Positions 30,361 through 48,270 of a stretch of DNA of 64,000 bases are shown here, piece by piece. Source of the DNA: the human T2T-CHM13v2.0 reference genome, Homo sapiens. Under the pieces are notes generated by a model that saw nothing but the letters and a program-made list of their open reading frames with translations, ran no database searches and had not been told where the DNA came from. Position 1 is the first letter of the stretch, and each line of letters opens with the position of its first letter. The stretch is taken from NCBI RefSeq assembly GCF_009914755.1, contig NC_060932.1. One strand, given 5' to 3'. The position numbers and the translations under genes were made by a program.

Positions 30361-30389
<29 letters not shown>
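30361..30389. repeat. A29 mononucleotide run
   Basis: 29 consecutive A. Confidence 0.95.
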
Positions 30390-30391
<2 letters not shown>

Positions 30392-30834
30392 TCATCTTGG
30401 TGTATTTTGGGTAGGCTGGATCACTTCAAGTTTCCCCCTCCTCCTGAAGCTCCGACAGAGGCCTGCAAGCCCTGCTGGGATCTGTCCTCAGTCCCTCTCG
30501 GGCTCATCTTCTACCATCTTGCTGTCACTCCATCTCCCTGTCCTTCCCTTTGCTTCACCCATACCAGACCCTGTACTGTTTCTGGAAGACACCAGGCATG
30601 CTGTGTCTTAGGGGAGAATGTGATTTCACCAACTAGTGCTGCCCAAGTAACATGCATTTGCCCTGACTGCTCTTTTCACCTGCTGTGCTGTTCCCCCAGA
30701 TAACCACAGGCAAACCCCGCCAACTCCTAGTTTATTGAACTATACCATGAGTAACTTACTTAAAATCTCCATACCTTGTCCCATTCTCTCTTACCTGTTC
30801 CAATACTTATTTATGATGTTGATAGATGATCTCC

Positions 30835-30982
30835 CTCTACTAGACTGGAAGCTCCTTGACAGCGGGGATTCTTGTCTGTTTTGTTCACTGCTGTGTCTTT
30901 AGCACCTGGAGAAATGCCTGGCACACAGCAGGAACTCAGTAAATAACTGCTGAATAAATAAACATGAATAAATCAATGAATG
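30835..30982 (+). mobile_element. L2 3' end
   Basis: TAGACTGGAAGCTCCTTGA...TGCCTGGCACACAGCAGGAACTCAGTAAATA...TGAAT tail. Confidence 0.75.
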
Positions 30983-31602
30983 GGGATGCCTAAGTGCTTC
31001 GGGATTCTGGTCAAAGCTTTGGCAACTAGGGACGCACAGGGACCCTCATCATCTCTGCCTCCTAGGCAGGTATCCACTGAGATCCGCAATCCCATCTGGT
31101 CCTTGGACCAGTTACCCTTCATGTTGGCCTCTGTTAAGATGTCCAGGTTGTATCTGGTCTCCCACACAGCATCCCTTTATTACTACCCCTGGACCTCAGC
31201 AGTCAGCCACACATTCAGTAAAGGCCACAGCTCTGCCATCTCCTAGCTAGGGGACTTTGGACAAATTACTTAGACACTCTGAGCCTCGTTTGTAACATGC
31301 AGAGACGTTGCTGGGATTAGACACAATGCCTGTAGACCATTTAACAATTGCTGTCACACATGGTTGGTATTCACTCAGCTGTCGCTATGGAATTAGCAGA
31401 CAGAAAAGGCACAGCGTCAGTGGCTGGGTGTCCAGAGAGAAGCAGCCTGTCTCTCTAGATAATACTTGGCAAAATCACAGCAGTCCGGTGTGTGGCCCTT
31501 TACTGACCTTGATTAAAAATCGGGTGTCAGCACCCCAAGTGGATCCTTCTTACAGGTGCAGATTCAGACTCATTATCCAAGTTGACAGAGACAGAAGTAA
31601 AT

Positions 31603-31700
31603 ATTCAACAAATATTTATTGAGCACTTACTATGTGCCAGGCACTGTTGTTGTAGGTGCTGGAATACAGCAATGAACAAAAAAAGTGAAACATTCTTCCT
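31603..31700 (-). mobile_element. L2 3' end
   Basis: ATTCAACAAATATTTATTGAGCACTTACTATGTGCCAGGCACTGT. Confidence 0.75.
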
Positions 31701-33078
31701 TAGATGGTGGTAAAGCGATAGGAGGACACAGCAGGGAAGGGGTTTGGACTATTTCAATTTGGGACAGGAAACGCCTTGCTGAGAGAGTGAGGGTTGAGCT
31801 CTGGAATTAGCCTGGGTTTGACCACATGTAACTGCAACTTTGAGCAAGTCGATCCACTGTAAGTCTCTTTTATTAACACCATTGTGTGTAAGAGGAAATA
31901 GAAACTTAGCTAAAGTCGTTGGAGAATTGAATGTGGTGCAGCATTTAGCACAGCGCAGGAATAATAAAAGCCAGCTGTTCTCATCCTTTGCCCATAGAAA
32001 AGCTATCCGGGAAGCCACGTTATAGTCTGAAGGCTGCCTACTGGTTTGGTCAAAGAAAGGGCAGTTAGATAATTTTCATGTTTAATTAAGGGCACGGGGC
32101 TAGATTTCTTGAGGTGCCAGAGTAATGCTTGCTTTTCATGAACAACGGATACAAGATATGGGCATTGCAGAACCTTTAAAGAACATAACTGGAATAATCA
32201 AATAACCGAAAGTTCATGAAATATTCTGGCTCATGAATTAGTTATCTGGTAAATCACAGTCTGAAAGTCACAGAATAAAAATTACTTTAAATTTCCTCCA
32301 AAGCTTACTGAGTAAGGGGAGGGACATTTAAGATGCGGAGGAAGCGCTGAACTTGCAAGAGGAACAAGGAGGACGGTGGCTGCTGGAACTCTGTAACCCT
32401 TAGAGAAGATGTGGGTGGGATTTGGCAAGCCCCCTAGACTCTCTTTGTTTTGGGTCTTAATAGGGACAGTTTATTATTTTTAATGACTCGCGTGAATTGT
32501 ATACTGTTTTAAGCATCCACCAAAAGCCTTTCGGCTTTTTCCCTAATTAGACTCATTCTCACACAGAGAGGAACTGAACTTTTTACCTCTTTGGTTCAAG
32601 AGCACCATCTACTGGTCAGATTTGGTAATTTCGGGTTTATGGCACTGGAAAATCAAAGAGCATTTTGATTTGGTTGTGTTTGGTTTTGGTCCATTTATCA
32701 ATACAGGTTTTTTGGCGGACAAAATAATGTGAAAATCAGGGGAATCAGGTGAGGGCATTGGATGTCTCTGTCACAGACGATGGGGAGCTCAGCCGATTTT
32801 AAGCTTCTAACCTCAGCTGGTCTGGAGAAGAGCAAACCTGACAACCAGCACGAAGAAAGTAGCTCTGCCTCTGTGGTGTGCTGGACATTCTGGTTACATA
32901 GATGGGAAGACGAGGCCCTTTCCGACAAATATGCAAATCCCCCACATCTCCAAATTTGGTAGCTCTGGGGCTTAGGGCAGCTTCTGGAAACAGAACTCAG
33001 ACCTAGCCTGCTGGAGCAGGAAGGGCTTCTGAGAAGATGATATCTGGACCATCTAAGGAGTGTAAATAAGAAATAGCC

Positions 33079-34004
<926 letters not shown>

Positions 34005-34463
34005 TAGTAACAAGGTATTGACTGAACCAGAGTGGGGTGTGTCAAGATCGGGAATCAGCAAGCAGCACAGGGGGTGTCCTGGGTGGGGATCTGGGGCTCA
34101 GGTCTTCCTGCTATCCTGCTACCCACCTGCACACTTGTTCGTTTTCTTTCCACTCATTTTTCTCCCTTGCCCAGACTTCAGGTCTACCAGCTACACTTCT
34201 TGATTTCTTTGGCCTTCAAAATTCGGTTCAATAAGGAAAGTTTTAGCATTATTTTCATATAGGTCCTTGACATTTCTTGCTAAGGTTATCATTAGATTTT
34301 TTTTTAATGGTGTAATAGTTCAGGCCTTCACTCAAATGTCATCTCTCTAGAGAAGCCTTCCTTAACTACCATACCAAAAACGGTTCCAGCGCCGCTACCG
34401 TCTATCCCAGCCTATCCTCTCACGTCCTGTGGTCCTGAGGTTCTGTGATAATGTTCTATAATT

Positions 34464-34932
<469 letters not shown>

Positions 34933-35016
34933 CTCTGTTTCTCCCACTAGAATGTAATTTGATGAGGGTGGGGACTTGGACTTATTCACAGCTGAATACC
35001 TAGAATGGAACATAAC

Positions 35017-35419
35017 TGCTATGTTTTGAATGTTTGTGTCCCTTCCAAAATGTATGTTGAAACTTAATCCCCTATATAAGAGTTGAAGAACCTTTTAGAA
35101 GGTAATTAGGCCATGAGGGCAGAGTCCTCATGGATGGGATTAGGGTCTTATAACAGGACTTGAGTCCTCTATAAGGAACGGAGAGTTCACCTTTCCTTCC
35201 CTTCTGCCATGTGAGGACACAGCGTGTGTCCCCTCTGAAGGACACAGCGACAAGCCTCCATTTTGGAAGCAGAGAGCAGCCCTCACCAGACACTGAACCT
35301 ACTGGCGCCTTGATCTTGGACCTCCAGCCTCCAGAACTATGAGAAATAAACTACTGTTGTTTGTAAATTGCCCAGTCTGTGGCATTTTGTTATGAAAACA
35401 GCAAAAACAGACTAAGACA
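35017..35419 (+). mobile_element. MaLR solo LTR (MST/MLT1A-like)
   Basis: TGCTATGTTTTGAATGTTTGTGTCCC...CAGCCTCCAGAACT...AATAAA...GACTAAGACA. Confidence 0.85.
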
Positions 35420-35876
35420 AATCAGTTCTGGCACATACTAGTAACTCAGTGATTCTTTGTAGAGTGAGCAAACGTGTGAATGAATGAATGAATACATTGT
35501 CATGCGCAGCTTTCGTGGGTCGTGAGTACAAATGAGAAAATACGATCATGGTGCCATTGCAATGGCTTGAAACCCCAGCACTTACTGGCAGGAAGTCTGT
35601 CATTTTTTGCAATTCTCCTTCCCAAGTGTTTCCAGACTCCCGAGAAGTGCACATGTATATTTAGGAATCAGTTCTCATCTGCTAGAACACGGGAAGGGAG
35701 TTAGTTGATAGCAGTTCAGCTGCTTCAAATGCAGTCCTAGCTGACCCTGGAGGATCCAGGTACCTATGGGTGCCATCACGGCCACCTTTGCACTATCCTG
35801 TGAGAAACTCTCTCCCATCCTTGGTGATGTCCTCCTGTGGTAACCTCAGTGAGAGAACTCCATTGATTCCCTAAAC

Positions 35877-36349
35877 CAGAGGTCCCCAACCTTTTTGGCA
35901 CCAGGGACTGGTTTTGTGGGAGACAATTTTTCCATGGACCATGGGTGGGGAGGGGGGGATGGTTTTGGAATAATTCAAGTGCATTATAATACGTTTATTG
36001 TGTACCTTGTTATTATTATTACATTGTAGTATAGAATAATTATACAACACACGATAATGTCTAATCAGTGGGAGCCCTGAGCTTGTTTTCCTGCAACTAG
36101 ACAGTCCCATCTGGGGGTGATGGGACACAGTGGCAGATCATCAGGCATTAGATTCTCTTAAGGAACATGCAACCTAGATCCCTCGCATACACAGTTCACA
36201 ATAGGGCTCATGCTCCTGTAAGAATCTAACGCTGCTGCTGATCTGACAGGGGGCGGAGCTCAAGTGGTAATGTGATGGATGGGGAACTGCTGTAAATACA
36301 GTTGAAGCCGCTCACCTCTTGCTTTGTGGCTGGGGCCTGGGTACCCCTG
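35877..36349. mobile_element. MER1A hAT-Charlie element
   Basis: CAGAGGTCCCCAACCTTTTTGGCACCAGGGAC...ACCCCTG; 8-bp TSD CCCTA(A/G)AC. Confidence 0.88.
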
Positions 36350-37047
36350 CCCTAGACAGTAGACTTCTCAAGGGGAGGGGAAAGAATGGGCCAAGGAACT
36401 GTGTCAGTCAAGAGGGCCCCCACTCAACGGAAACAGACCAGCCACTGGTCTCACAGTGCAAGTCAAGGAAGCTGGTCTCAGAGCTGTCCTCAGAGGGGAC
36501 GCGTGATAAGCAGATCACACCCGGGAAGACTCGGCATCAAGATGGAGAGGAGGGAATGCGATGCGCCTGGTGGCAGCCGTAGGATCTCCTTCCAAGGCCG
36601 CACTGGAGGAGAGCTGCCTCCTAAGAACAGGAAAGTGAATCAGAGTGAGGCTGTCATTATAGTAAGATAAAGAAAGATGAGTGCTTGTTTGGGAATCTGG
36701 ACAGAATTAGCATCTGCTTGCTTTAGGATAGTGGCTTCTTTTCTCTCTTGAACAAAATACTCTCCTTAATAACTGCAGACCCAGGATAACATGGAGTCAT
36801 TGTTCAAATTCACCCCGTTGCAGAATTCTCCAGTTATCAGCATTTGTGTGTGTGTGCGTGTGTACCTACATGTGCACAGATGTATACACACACAGATAAA
36901 CACACTCCAGGCTTTGGGGAAATCGTATTCGTAGATGCCTGTCTCTACCTTTATTATGTTAAAGAGAATTCTGACTCTCAGGTCGTGGACTTCATTCATT
37001 GTGTTGCTCACATGCAGGAAAAAAAAAAACCAGAATGCAATAAGGAT

Positions 37048-37128
37048 AATTCATTGATTTGTGGGGAAAGAGAAAATTCATTGTTTTGGGGGGAAAGAGA
37101 GAATGTATTGATTTGTGGGGAAAGAGTC
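37048..37128. repeat. 27-bp minisatellite, 3 copies
   Basis: aattcattgatttgtggggaaagagaa / aattcattgttttggggggaaagagag / aatgtattgatttgtggggaaagagtc. Confidence 0.9.
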
Positions 37129-37747
37129 AATAAGTGAATGTTTCCTGTTCTAGGACTGGCTTTGCCTTGTCAATAATTGATTTTGTTGTTGAGAATACAT
37201 TTCAAAGCCTTTAAAGCAGTGTGCAGTTAAGGATGATATTTTTGCTTGAAATGACTACTTTGCATCATGTAGAAGGAATAGTGTCTTTTAAAGGCAACAG
37301 ATGCAAGTCTAGGACCCCAGAGCTTTAGAAGGCTCTGGGCTTCGGGTATGTGTCTGATGTGTTGAGAGTTGCAGGGGACGGGAGGGATGTCCACTGTGGG
37401 CCAGTTTCTACCAGCCACCGAGAAGCTGGAATTTGTTTATTCATTTATAGAGCAACAGGAACTGGAATCGAAATCTGTCAGTCCCTATGTGCAGGGTGTA
37501 ATTGAATTGACTTCTCTGCTCTCAATTGGAACTTCCTTTGACCTGTAGTGAGAACATTTTATGGCTCCCTCTAATCTAAAAAGGGTTTTTTTTTTTTTTT
37601 AACTTTCCTTCCTATTCCCTTGTCTGCTAACCAACAGAGAACTCAGCCCACAGCCTCACAGACAGAATGAGAGCAATGCTTAATCCTTGTTCAGTGAATC
37701 TCATGGCCTCCTCTAGTCTTCAAACTTGGATTCCAAGTGCCTTGAAG

Positions 37748-38022
<275 letters not shown>

Positions 38023-38175
38023 ATATATATTTTTAAGTGCCTAGAAGAAAGAACTGCACTTCTGCAGAGAGCGCCTCCAAAGCTCAGGGTAAGTGACATG
38101 CTGCTTACCATCCTAGAATGGAACCAGGCCACCCATCCCCAGGTGGGACAACTGCACTCCCAGGATAACCCCTGA

Positions 38176-39297
<1,122 letters not shown>

Positions 39298-39506
39298 TGC
39301 TGAGTCTCTCATTGTTCAAATCATCCTGTAAAACTGACTCAACAGGCTTTTTTTGAGCAGGGTTTTCTATTCATGTACTCATTAATTTTCCTTAAATTAA
39401 AAGTTGCAAATACAATATACAAAATTAAAAGTTCAATTAGAAAAATGAGTTTCTATAATCAGCCTACTCAGAATTAACCATGGTTTCAAATAGGGGTTTT
39501 GCTGGT

Positions 39507-39762
39507 GTTTTTTGTTTTGTTTTGTTTTGAGAGAAAGTTTTGCTCTTGTCTCTCAGGCTGGAGTGCAATGACGTGATCTCATCTCACTGCAACCTCCACC
39601 TCCGGGTTCAAGTGATTCTCCCGCCTCAGCCTCCCAAGCAGCTGGGATTACAGGCAAGCGCCACCATGCCCAGCTAATTTTGTATTTTTAGTAGAGACGG
39701 GGTGATCTGCCCTCCTTGGCCTCCCAAAGTGCTGGGATTACAGGCGTGAGCCACTGCGCCCG
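39507..39762 (-). mobile_element. Alu with internal deletion in the left arm
   Basis: GAGACGGGG joined directly to TGATCTGCCC. Confidence 0.9.
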
Positions 39763-40179
39763 TTAGCTGTTTTGTTTTGAAATCAACTTTGAAAAATGTT
39801 TTGATATCTCATCATGTCCCCAATGCCATTTGTAATGGTCACACAGCATTCTGTTGTATGATGTACCATGCTTTATCTAACTTGTGTCCTATTTTTGGAT
39901 AGTTCGAATTTTCCTATTTCTTTTCACTATTAGAAGCAAGGCTGCAATGGACATCCTTTTAAATACTTTTTAAAAACAAAAACCTTGGTACAAGTACCTG
40001 TATATAGACTTGCAGGGTCAAAACTTCCCATTTGATGGCTATTGATATGTACTAACAAATTGTCCTCCAGAAAGTGGTCTTTTCCTCACCCTCATCAGTT
40101 CTTGGTGTTACCACCTTTTTGCATTTTGCCAAGCTGATAGGTAAAAAAGTGTCTCTTACTATTGTATGTATTGAATTAA

Positions 40180-40482
<303 letters not shown>

Positions 40483-41992
40483 TATTATGTATTTCAAAAT
40501 AACGAAAAGAGTGGAATTGCAAGTTCCTCACACAAAGAAATGACAAATGCTTGAGATAATGATTATCATAATTATCCTGATTTGATCACTACAACTTGTA
40601 TGCTTATATCAAAATATCACATATTTATATTTTTAAAAATTATATTTATATTTATGTGATATTTTGATATATTTTGTAATGATCATTTTACATATGAACA
40701 TATTTATACATATATACAAACCAAATAAACCATACATATTTATACATATGCACCTATGTACAAACCAAAGAAATTGGGATATAGCTATCCCAGTTCTATT
40801 AAAAAATTGAGATTTTTTTCTTCTCTATTGATATTTCCTACTTTTTTTTTGTTTTGAAAAATAATTTATCCTTGAGTCAGTTGTGATGATTTATACCTGT
40901 ATAGAGATTACTAGTTCGATCAAAATCATTTCATTTATTGTTAAAAATTGTATAATGATATTATCTCCTAACTGAAAATTTTCCTTTATCTCTGTGATTA
41001 TATTCCATTTCTCATTCATCATATTTTCATTTCATTCCAGTTTTCCTTGGTTAGACTTTCCTATGATTTGTGTCTTTTACTGTTCTTTTCAAAGAACAGC
41101 CTTGGTATTTATTTATCAATTCTATTTCTTTTTAATTTCACAATTAATTGTTTTCTGTTTTTACCATGACTAATTCCCACCACTGCTTTCATAGATTAAT
41201 TTTGTGTTCTTTTTCTAATTTCTTCAATTAATTTATTTTCATTTTTTAAAAACTTAATAATAAAAGTTCTTAAAGTCCTAAATCTTTTCCTGAGTACTGT
41301 GGGATTCTTTCCATGTGCTTCTGCATGTAGTATGACTATTGCAATTGGTATAGATGGTATTACAGTTCTTACTCCTTCTTACATCCAGGGATTACTAAGG
41401 AGACTGATTTTAAATTTGCAAGAAGTTTGACTTCTAAAAGTGCCAGGCTCCTTTTTGATGTCAAGTCTCACCTATTTCTTCTGTTTTTCTCTAGTAACTG
41501 AGCTCAGGTTTTGTTGAAGGCAGCAAACTACTGGCTAAAACTGCTCAATGTTTTCCAGCTAAAATTGCTCAAGTATTTCCTGCAGCTAGTTAGGGCAAGT
41601 TACCTGGCTCTGTCTAGAGAGATGGAGGTGCAGGTCCTTGGAGACAGAGTACCCTCTGAACAAAAAGGCAAAGACTTACCAGCAGAAAACCCATTTGCCT
41701 TTTCCCTTTCCTCCTCACTGACATGCAAGGGTTATGTCTGGAGGTACGAGAAAAGGAAAGCATAAGGATAAAATCTAACAGGCTAAGAATGACAGGGCAG
41801 AAAGATAGAAAGGATCTGTGTCCCCGATGGCATCGTTGTACCAGCAAGACTGATGATCATGATGTAAGTCAAATGAATGCCCAGCTGCTGCTGGCTGTGT
41901 TTTTTGTTATTTGCGGCTGAATGCATTGCTAATGTAAACATTGCCTTGCAGCCAGAGAATAAGGCTTGCCAAAAGTCTAGTTTTGTATGTTA

Positions 41993-42353
<361 letters not shown>

Positions 42354-42864
42354 TCACAACAGTCCGATTCTCTGTTCTCTTTGTTCAGGGGTAAGCATGG
42401 AGCTTAATTTTGATCTATGAGACAACGTGGGAAGTCCGTTAGGTTAGAAGTGCTTCTGGTCAAGGTTTCTTTGCTTCTAAAAGAGGAATGTGAGGAAAAA
42501 GTCCCTGTCTTGGTGTGGATTTTGGTGTGGGGGGATGTATATAAAGCCTGTAGCTATTGAAGCCATCTGGCAAACTTGAAGGGAGCAGCTGACTCTGAGC
42601 TGGTAGAATATAGAAATGGAAAGAATTTAGATCTTGATGTGGTTGAGAGGCTGCCCTCCCTTGGGACTTCTTTTTTGTGTGTGAGTTAACAAGTTTCCTT
42701 ATTGTTAAGTTGCTTTAGTGGGTTTGCTATTACTTGTAGTCAAAACATTTATTATGGCATCATCTACTTTATTCTATCCTTCTGCTTTCCTTATTACAAG
42801 TATATTTACAAGCTCATTGTCATTCATGTCATCATTTTAATCAGCACCAACAACAGCATCACCA

Positions 42865-43250
<386 letters not shown>

Positions 43251-44377
43251 GTCCATGCCACTGTGATATGGCCTTTCACATCTCTTCTTTCATCCGTCAT
43301 CATGATATCTTTCTCCTCTGAGTTCTGGGGAAGTTTCTCAAGTTGGACTGCCAATTTTCTGCAGGATTTTCCTGTGATATATAACTCCTTCATTTACTGC
43401 TTCCATTTTATTTCATATCACCTACAATTTCCCTTATGTCTAAAACCAATTGCTCCTATATCTAAGATGCAACGTCCTTCTGAATTATAGTGTTAATGCA
43501 ATAGGGTATTTTGAAGGTTTCTGTATGTTTCCTGTAGAAAAGTTATCTCAAAGGGGGATATATACTTCCATTTCCCAGTGGTCTACTTCTTTTAAGCCAC
43601 AAATAGGGCACTTTCTCTTGTTAGTTTAATCCTACGGGTATATAATTTTCAGTATTTCTAGTGTTAGAATTTGAGATTCAGAGAACTATGAGTCTCTGTT
43701 TTAATCTTTCAGTCCTAGGAAAAGGAGAAATAGGGCTGCCTATCTTTTCTGTGGTTTTATTTTGCCATTTAATTTCTAATTGACTGTGAGATGTATCAAG
43801 AGATCTGTAGCTCAAGGCAGTTGAATGTCCCAGAGCTTCACAGCTGAGCCAAGTGACTTCTTTTCCATGTTTATTGTGGCAGCCAAGGTCAGCAGATGCC
43901 ATGCCTCTTGCTCTGAGTGCCTGGACCACCCCCATTAAGAGCCTCCCACAGCAACAACTCCACTTGACCCACGATAAGTGAGGTTGGCACTGTGTCTCTC
44001 TCTTTGTACATTTTGTTTTCTAAGTTGCTTGTAGGGCCAAGCTTTGAGTCCTTGTTACCATCAGCTTAAGCTCCGGCCTCTCTGAATTGGAGGATTTTGT
44101 TTGTGTTTGATTAGAGCCTGTTGGCAGAAGCAAGTGCCAAAGTCAGACATAAAACAGAAAACTCTAATGTGGTGTCAAGTCTTTTCCAGATGTTACTGAT
44201 CCTCTTTCTTTTCCTTCTTTTTTTTTTCTTTTTTGTTATTTTTGATCCCCTTCCTTTTTGCTTCCCTTAGGTTGACCTTTGCTGTCCTACGGGCAGTACA
44301 AAGATTGGGTCTTTCTGTCTCTGCCTCTCCTGCCCTCGGACTCCTACCATGGGTCTTTTCTTTTTTTATAGAGATAG

Positions 44378-44702
<325 letters not shown>

Positions 44703-44704
44703 GA

Positions 44705-47700
44705 ACTTTTACTTTTAAGACAATTGTAGATTCAAATCCTGTGTCCTCTCTTACACAGTTTCCTCCAATGGGGGCATTTTACAAATATAATAACCAGGAT
44801 ATTGACATTGATACATTTGATACAGTCAAGTTACATTTTCATCACCACAAAGATCCTGGTGTTACTCTTTTATAGCCATACCTGCCTCCTTCTCCCCTCC
44901 CCCATCCCTCACGCCGGCAACCACTAATCTGTTCTCCATTTCTACAATTTTGTCGTTTCAAAAATGTTATGTAAACAGAATCATACAGTTTCTCATCTTT
45001 AAGATTCGTTCTTTCCTGTTTTTTTTTTCTTTTTTTTCTTTTCTTTGTTTTTTTGAGATGGAGTCTCACTGTGCCACCCAGGCTGGAGTGCACTGGTGTG
45101 ATCTCGGCTCACTGCAACCTCCGCCTCCAGTTGTGGGTTGAAGCGATTCTCCTGCCTCAGCCTCCCAAGTAGCTGGGATTACAGGTGCCTGCCACCACGC
45201 TCGGCTAATTTTTTTTTTGTATTTTTAGTACAGACAAGGTTTCACCATGTTGGCCAAGCTGGTCTCGAGCTCCTGACCTCAGGTGATCTGCCTCGGCCTC
45301 CCAACTTGCTGGGATTACAGGCATGAGCCACCGCACCCGGCTGAGATTGGCTCTTTCACTCAGCATAATTCCCTGGAGACTTCATCCAAGTTGTTGCATG
45401 TATCAATAGCTTGTTTCTTTTCATTGCCACCTAGTTTTCAATGGTATGAATGCCGCATTGCTTGTTTCATCAGTCACCTGGTGGAAAACATCAGGGTTGT
45501 TCCCAGTTTTTAACTATTATGAATAAAGCTGCTATGAACATTTGTGTACAGGTTTTTGTGTGAACATATTATCATTTCTCTGAGATGAATCAATGCCAAA
45601 GAATGCAATGGTATGTTTAGTTTTATAAGAAACTGCCAAACTGTTTTCCAGAGTGGCTATATGATTTTGTATTCCTACTAGCAGTGTATGAATAATCTAG
45701 TTTCTTTACATCCTCACCAGCATTTCATGTTCTCAGTATTTTTTTTATTTTAGTTAATCCGATATGTATGTAGTGCAATATCACTGTGGTCTTAATTTTT
45801 AGTTCACCAGTGCTAATGATGTTGAATATCTTTCATGTACTTATTTGCCATCTGTATATCCACTTGGTGAAATACTTCATGTCTTTAAAGAAGACCCAGG
45901 ATTTCTAAAAAACTGTTGAGTTTTGAGAATTTAAGAAATATATTCTAGATACTGGTACTTTGTTGGATACATGGTTTGTAAATATGTTCTCCTAGTTTGT
46001 AGCTTGTCTTTTCATATGTGTTAAAGCTTATCTCCCATTTTATTATTTGTTTTCTGTTTACTTTGTTTCTTATTCCTCTATTCTCACTTTGGGTGGATTA
46101 TTTAAATATTTTTTAAGGTTTCATCTTGATTTATTTGTAGCATTTTGGGTACATCTCTTTGTACACTTTTCTTAGTGGTTGCCCTGGGTGTTACCATATA
46201 CATATGTCAAGAGTCACATTCTGCTGGTGTCAGTGTTTTTCCAGTTGAAGGCAAGTGTGGAAAACTTACCTCCATTTAGATTCCTTTACTCTTCCCATTT
46301 TTAAAACATGTGTCTCAAGTATTCCCTCTACATTCATTGATCAGCACACTAGAGAGTGTTATTTTGGCTTTAACCTTCAAATATAATTTAAGACACTCAG
46401 GAGAATAGGATCATCTATTATGTTTACCCCTGTCTTTGCCTGTTTTGATGTTCTTCATTCTTTTCTAAAGTTTCAAGCATTCTTCTGTTATCATTTCCTT
46501 TCTGTTTAAAGAACTTCCTTTAGTCGTTCTTTAAGGACAGATTTACTAGCAACAGATTCTCAGTTTTCCTTCATCTGAGAATGTCTTTATTTCCCCTGCA
46601 TTCCTGAAGGATATTTTCACCTGATATGGAATTTGTGAGTGATAGTTCTTTTTCCTCTAAGCACTTGAAAAATGTTATGCCACTTTCTGCTGTCTTTTAT
46701 GGTTTCAGAAGAGAAATCCACTTTCATTCAAACTGTCATTTCCCTGTAAGTAATGGATGTTTTCTGTCTAGTTGCCTTCAAGACTTTGTCTTTAGTTTTT
46801 ACAAGTTTAATTATGATATGTCTTGGTGTGAATTTCTTTGAGTTTATCCTGCTTATGATAGTTCACACAGCTTTTTGAAACTGTAGGTTTATGTCTTCCA
46901 CCAAATTTTACTGAATTTCTTCAGTTCTATGGTCTTGCTCCTCTTCCTGAAGTATTCCAATGATACCGTGTTCTCTTTTGTTACGGTCCCACTGGTCTTT
47001 GAGACTCTCTGTTCATTTTATTTCGGTCTTTCTTTTCTCTGTTGTTCAGATTGGGTAAATTCCATTGATCTACCTTCAAGCCCACTGATTCTGTCCTCTA
47101 TCATCTCTATTATTGAGCCCAACCACACAGTTTTAATTTTGATTATTGTATTTCTCAGTTCTATAATTTCCATTTGGTTATTTTTCAATGACTTCCATTT
47201 TTGCTGAAATTTTCACTTGTTTCAAGAGAATTTGTAATTACTTGTTGAAGCACTTTTATAATATCTGTTTAAAATACTTGTCATATAATTCCAGTAACTA
47301 ATTCATCTTGGTGTTGACATCTGTTTATTGCTCACTTAAAAATAAAAAATAAAAAACACCTAGACTTTATTTTTTATAGCAGTTTAAGGTTCACAGCAAA
47401 ATTGAGAAGAAAGTAAAGAGTGTGCCCAGAAAAATAGTACCCCTATGCAGAACCTCCCTGATATTGTTTGGCTGTGTCCCCCACCAAATCTCATCTTGAA
47501 TGGTAGCTCCCACAATTCCCACGTGTTGTGGGAGGGATCCAGTGGGAGGTAATTGGATAATGGGGGCGAATCTTTCCCATGCTGTTCTCATGATAGTGAA
47601 TAAGTCTCATGAGATCTGATGGTTTTATAAAGAGGGGTTCCCCTGCACAAGTCCTCTCTTGCCTGGCGCCAGGTAAGAAGTCCCTTTGCTCTTCCTTCAT

Positions 47701-48270
47701 CTTCCATTATGATTGCGAGGTCTCCCCAGCCATGTGGAACTGTAAGTCCATTAAACCTCCTTTTCTGTATAAAGTACCCAGTCTCAGGTATGTCTTTATT
47801 AGCAGTGTGAGAATGGACTAATACACTCCCTATCAACATCCCCTACCAGATTGGTATGTTTGTTGTAATCGATGAACCTATGTCAACACAGCGTTATTTC
47901 CCAAGCTCCATAGCTTATATGAGGATTCGCTCTTGGTGTTTACATTCTGTGAGTATTGACAAATGTATGATGAAATGTATTGACCATTATAGTGTCATAC
48001 AGAATACAGGATAGTTTCACTGTCTTAAAAAATCTTCTGTGCTCCCCTTATTCATCCCTTCCTTCTGTGTAAGCCCTGGCAACCACCGAGCTTTTCACTG
48101 CCTCCATTGTTTTGCTTTTTCCAGGATGTCATAGAGATGGACTCATACAGTAGGTAGCCTTTTGAAATTGACTTCTTTCACTTAGTAATATGATTCCTCC
48201 ATGTCTTTTCATGGCTTGATAGCTAATTTCTTTATAGTGCTGAGTAGTATTCCATTCACTTATAATTCCT
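44705..48270 (-). mobile_element. patchwork of old L1M (L1MB/MC/ME-like) fragments with nested Alu (45019-45342) and THE1
   Basis: GGCAACCACTAATCTGTTCTCC, TATGAATAAAGCTGCTATGAACATTTGTGTACAGG, AGAAACTGCCAAACTGTTTTCCAGAGTGGC; T-rich. Confidence 0.7.
47459..47825 (+). mobile_element. THE1 MaLR solo LTR
   Basis: TGATATTGTTTGGCTGTGTCCCC...GAGAATGGACTAATACA; 5-bp TSD CTCCC. Confidence 0.93.

Noticed and set aside
30835-31700. Tail-to-tail L2 ends as a miR-28/151-like hairpin
   Set aside because: The arms are ~620 bp apart and diverged, so they do not form a compact pre-miRNA.
37048-37128. CRISPR-like array
   Set aside because: No spacers, and the context is eukaryotic.
47725-47760. PRDM9 hotspot motif in THE1
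   Set aside because: The site reads GTCTCCCCAGCCAT, lacking the CCTCCCT core associated with hot THE1 copies; the copy near 54658 also deviates.
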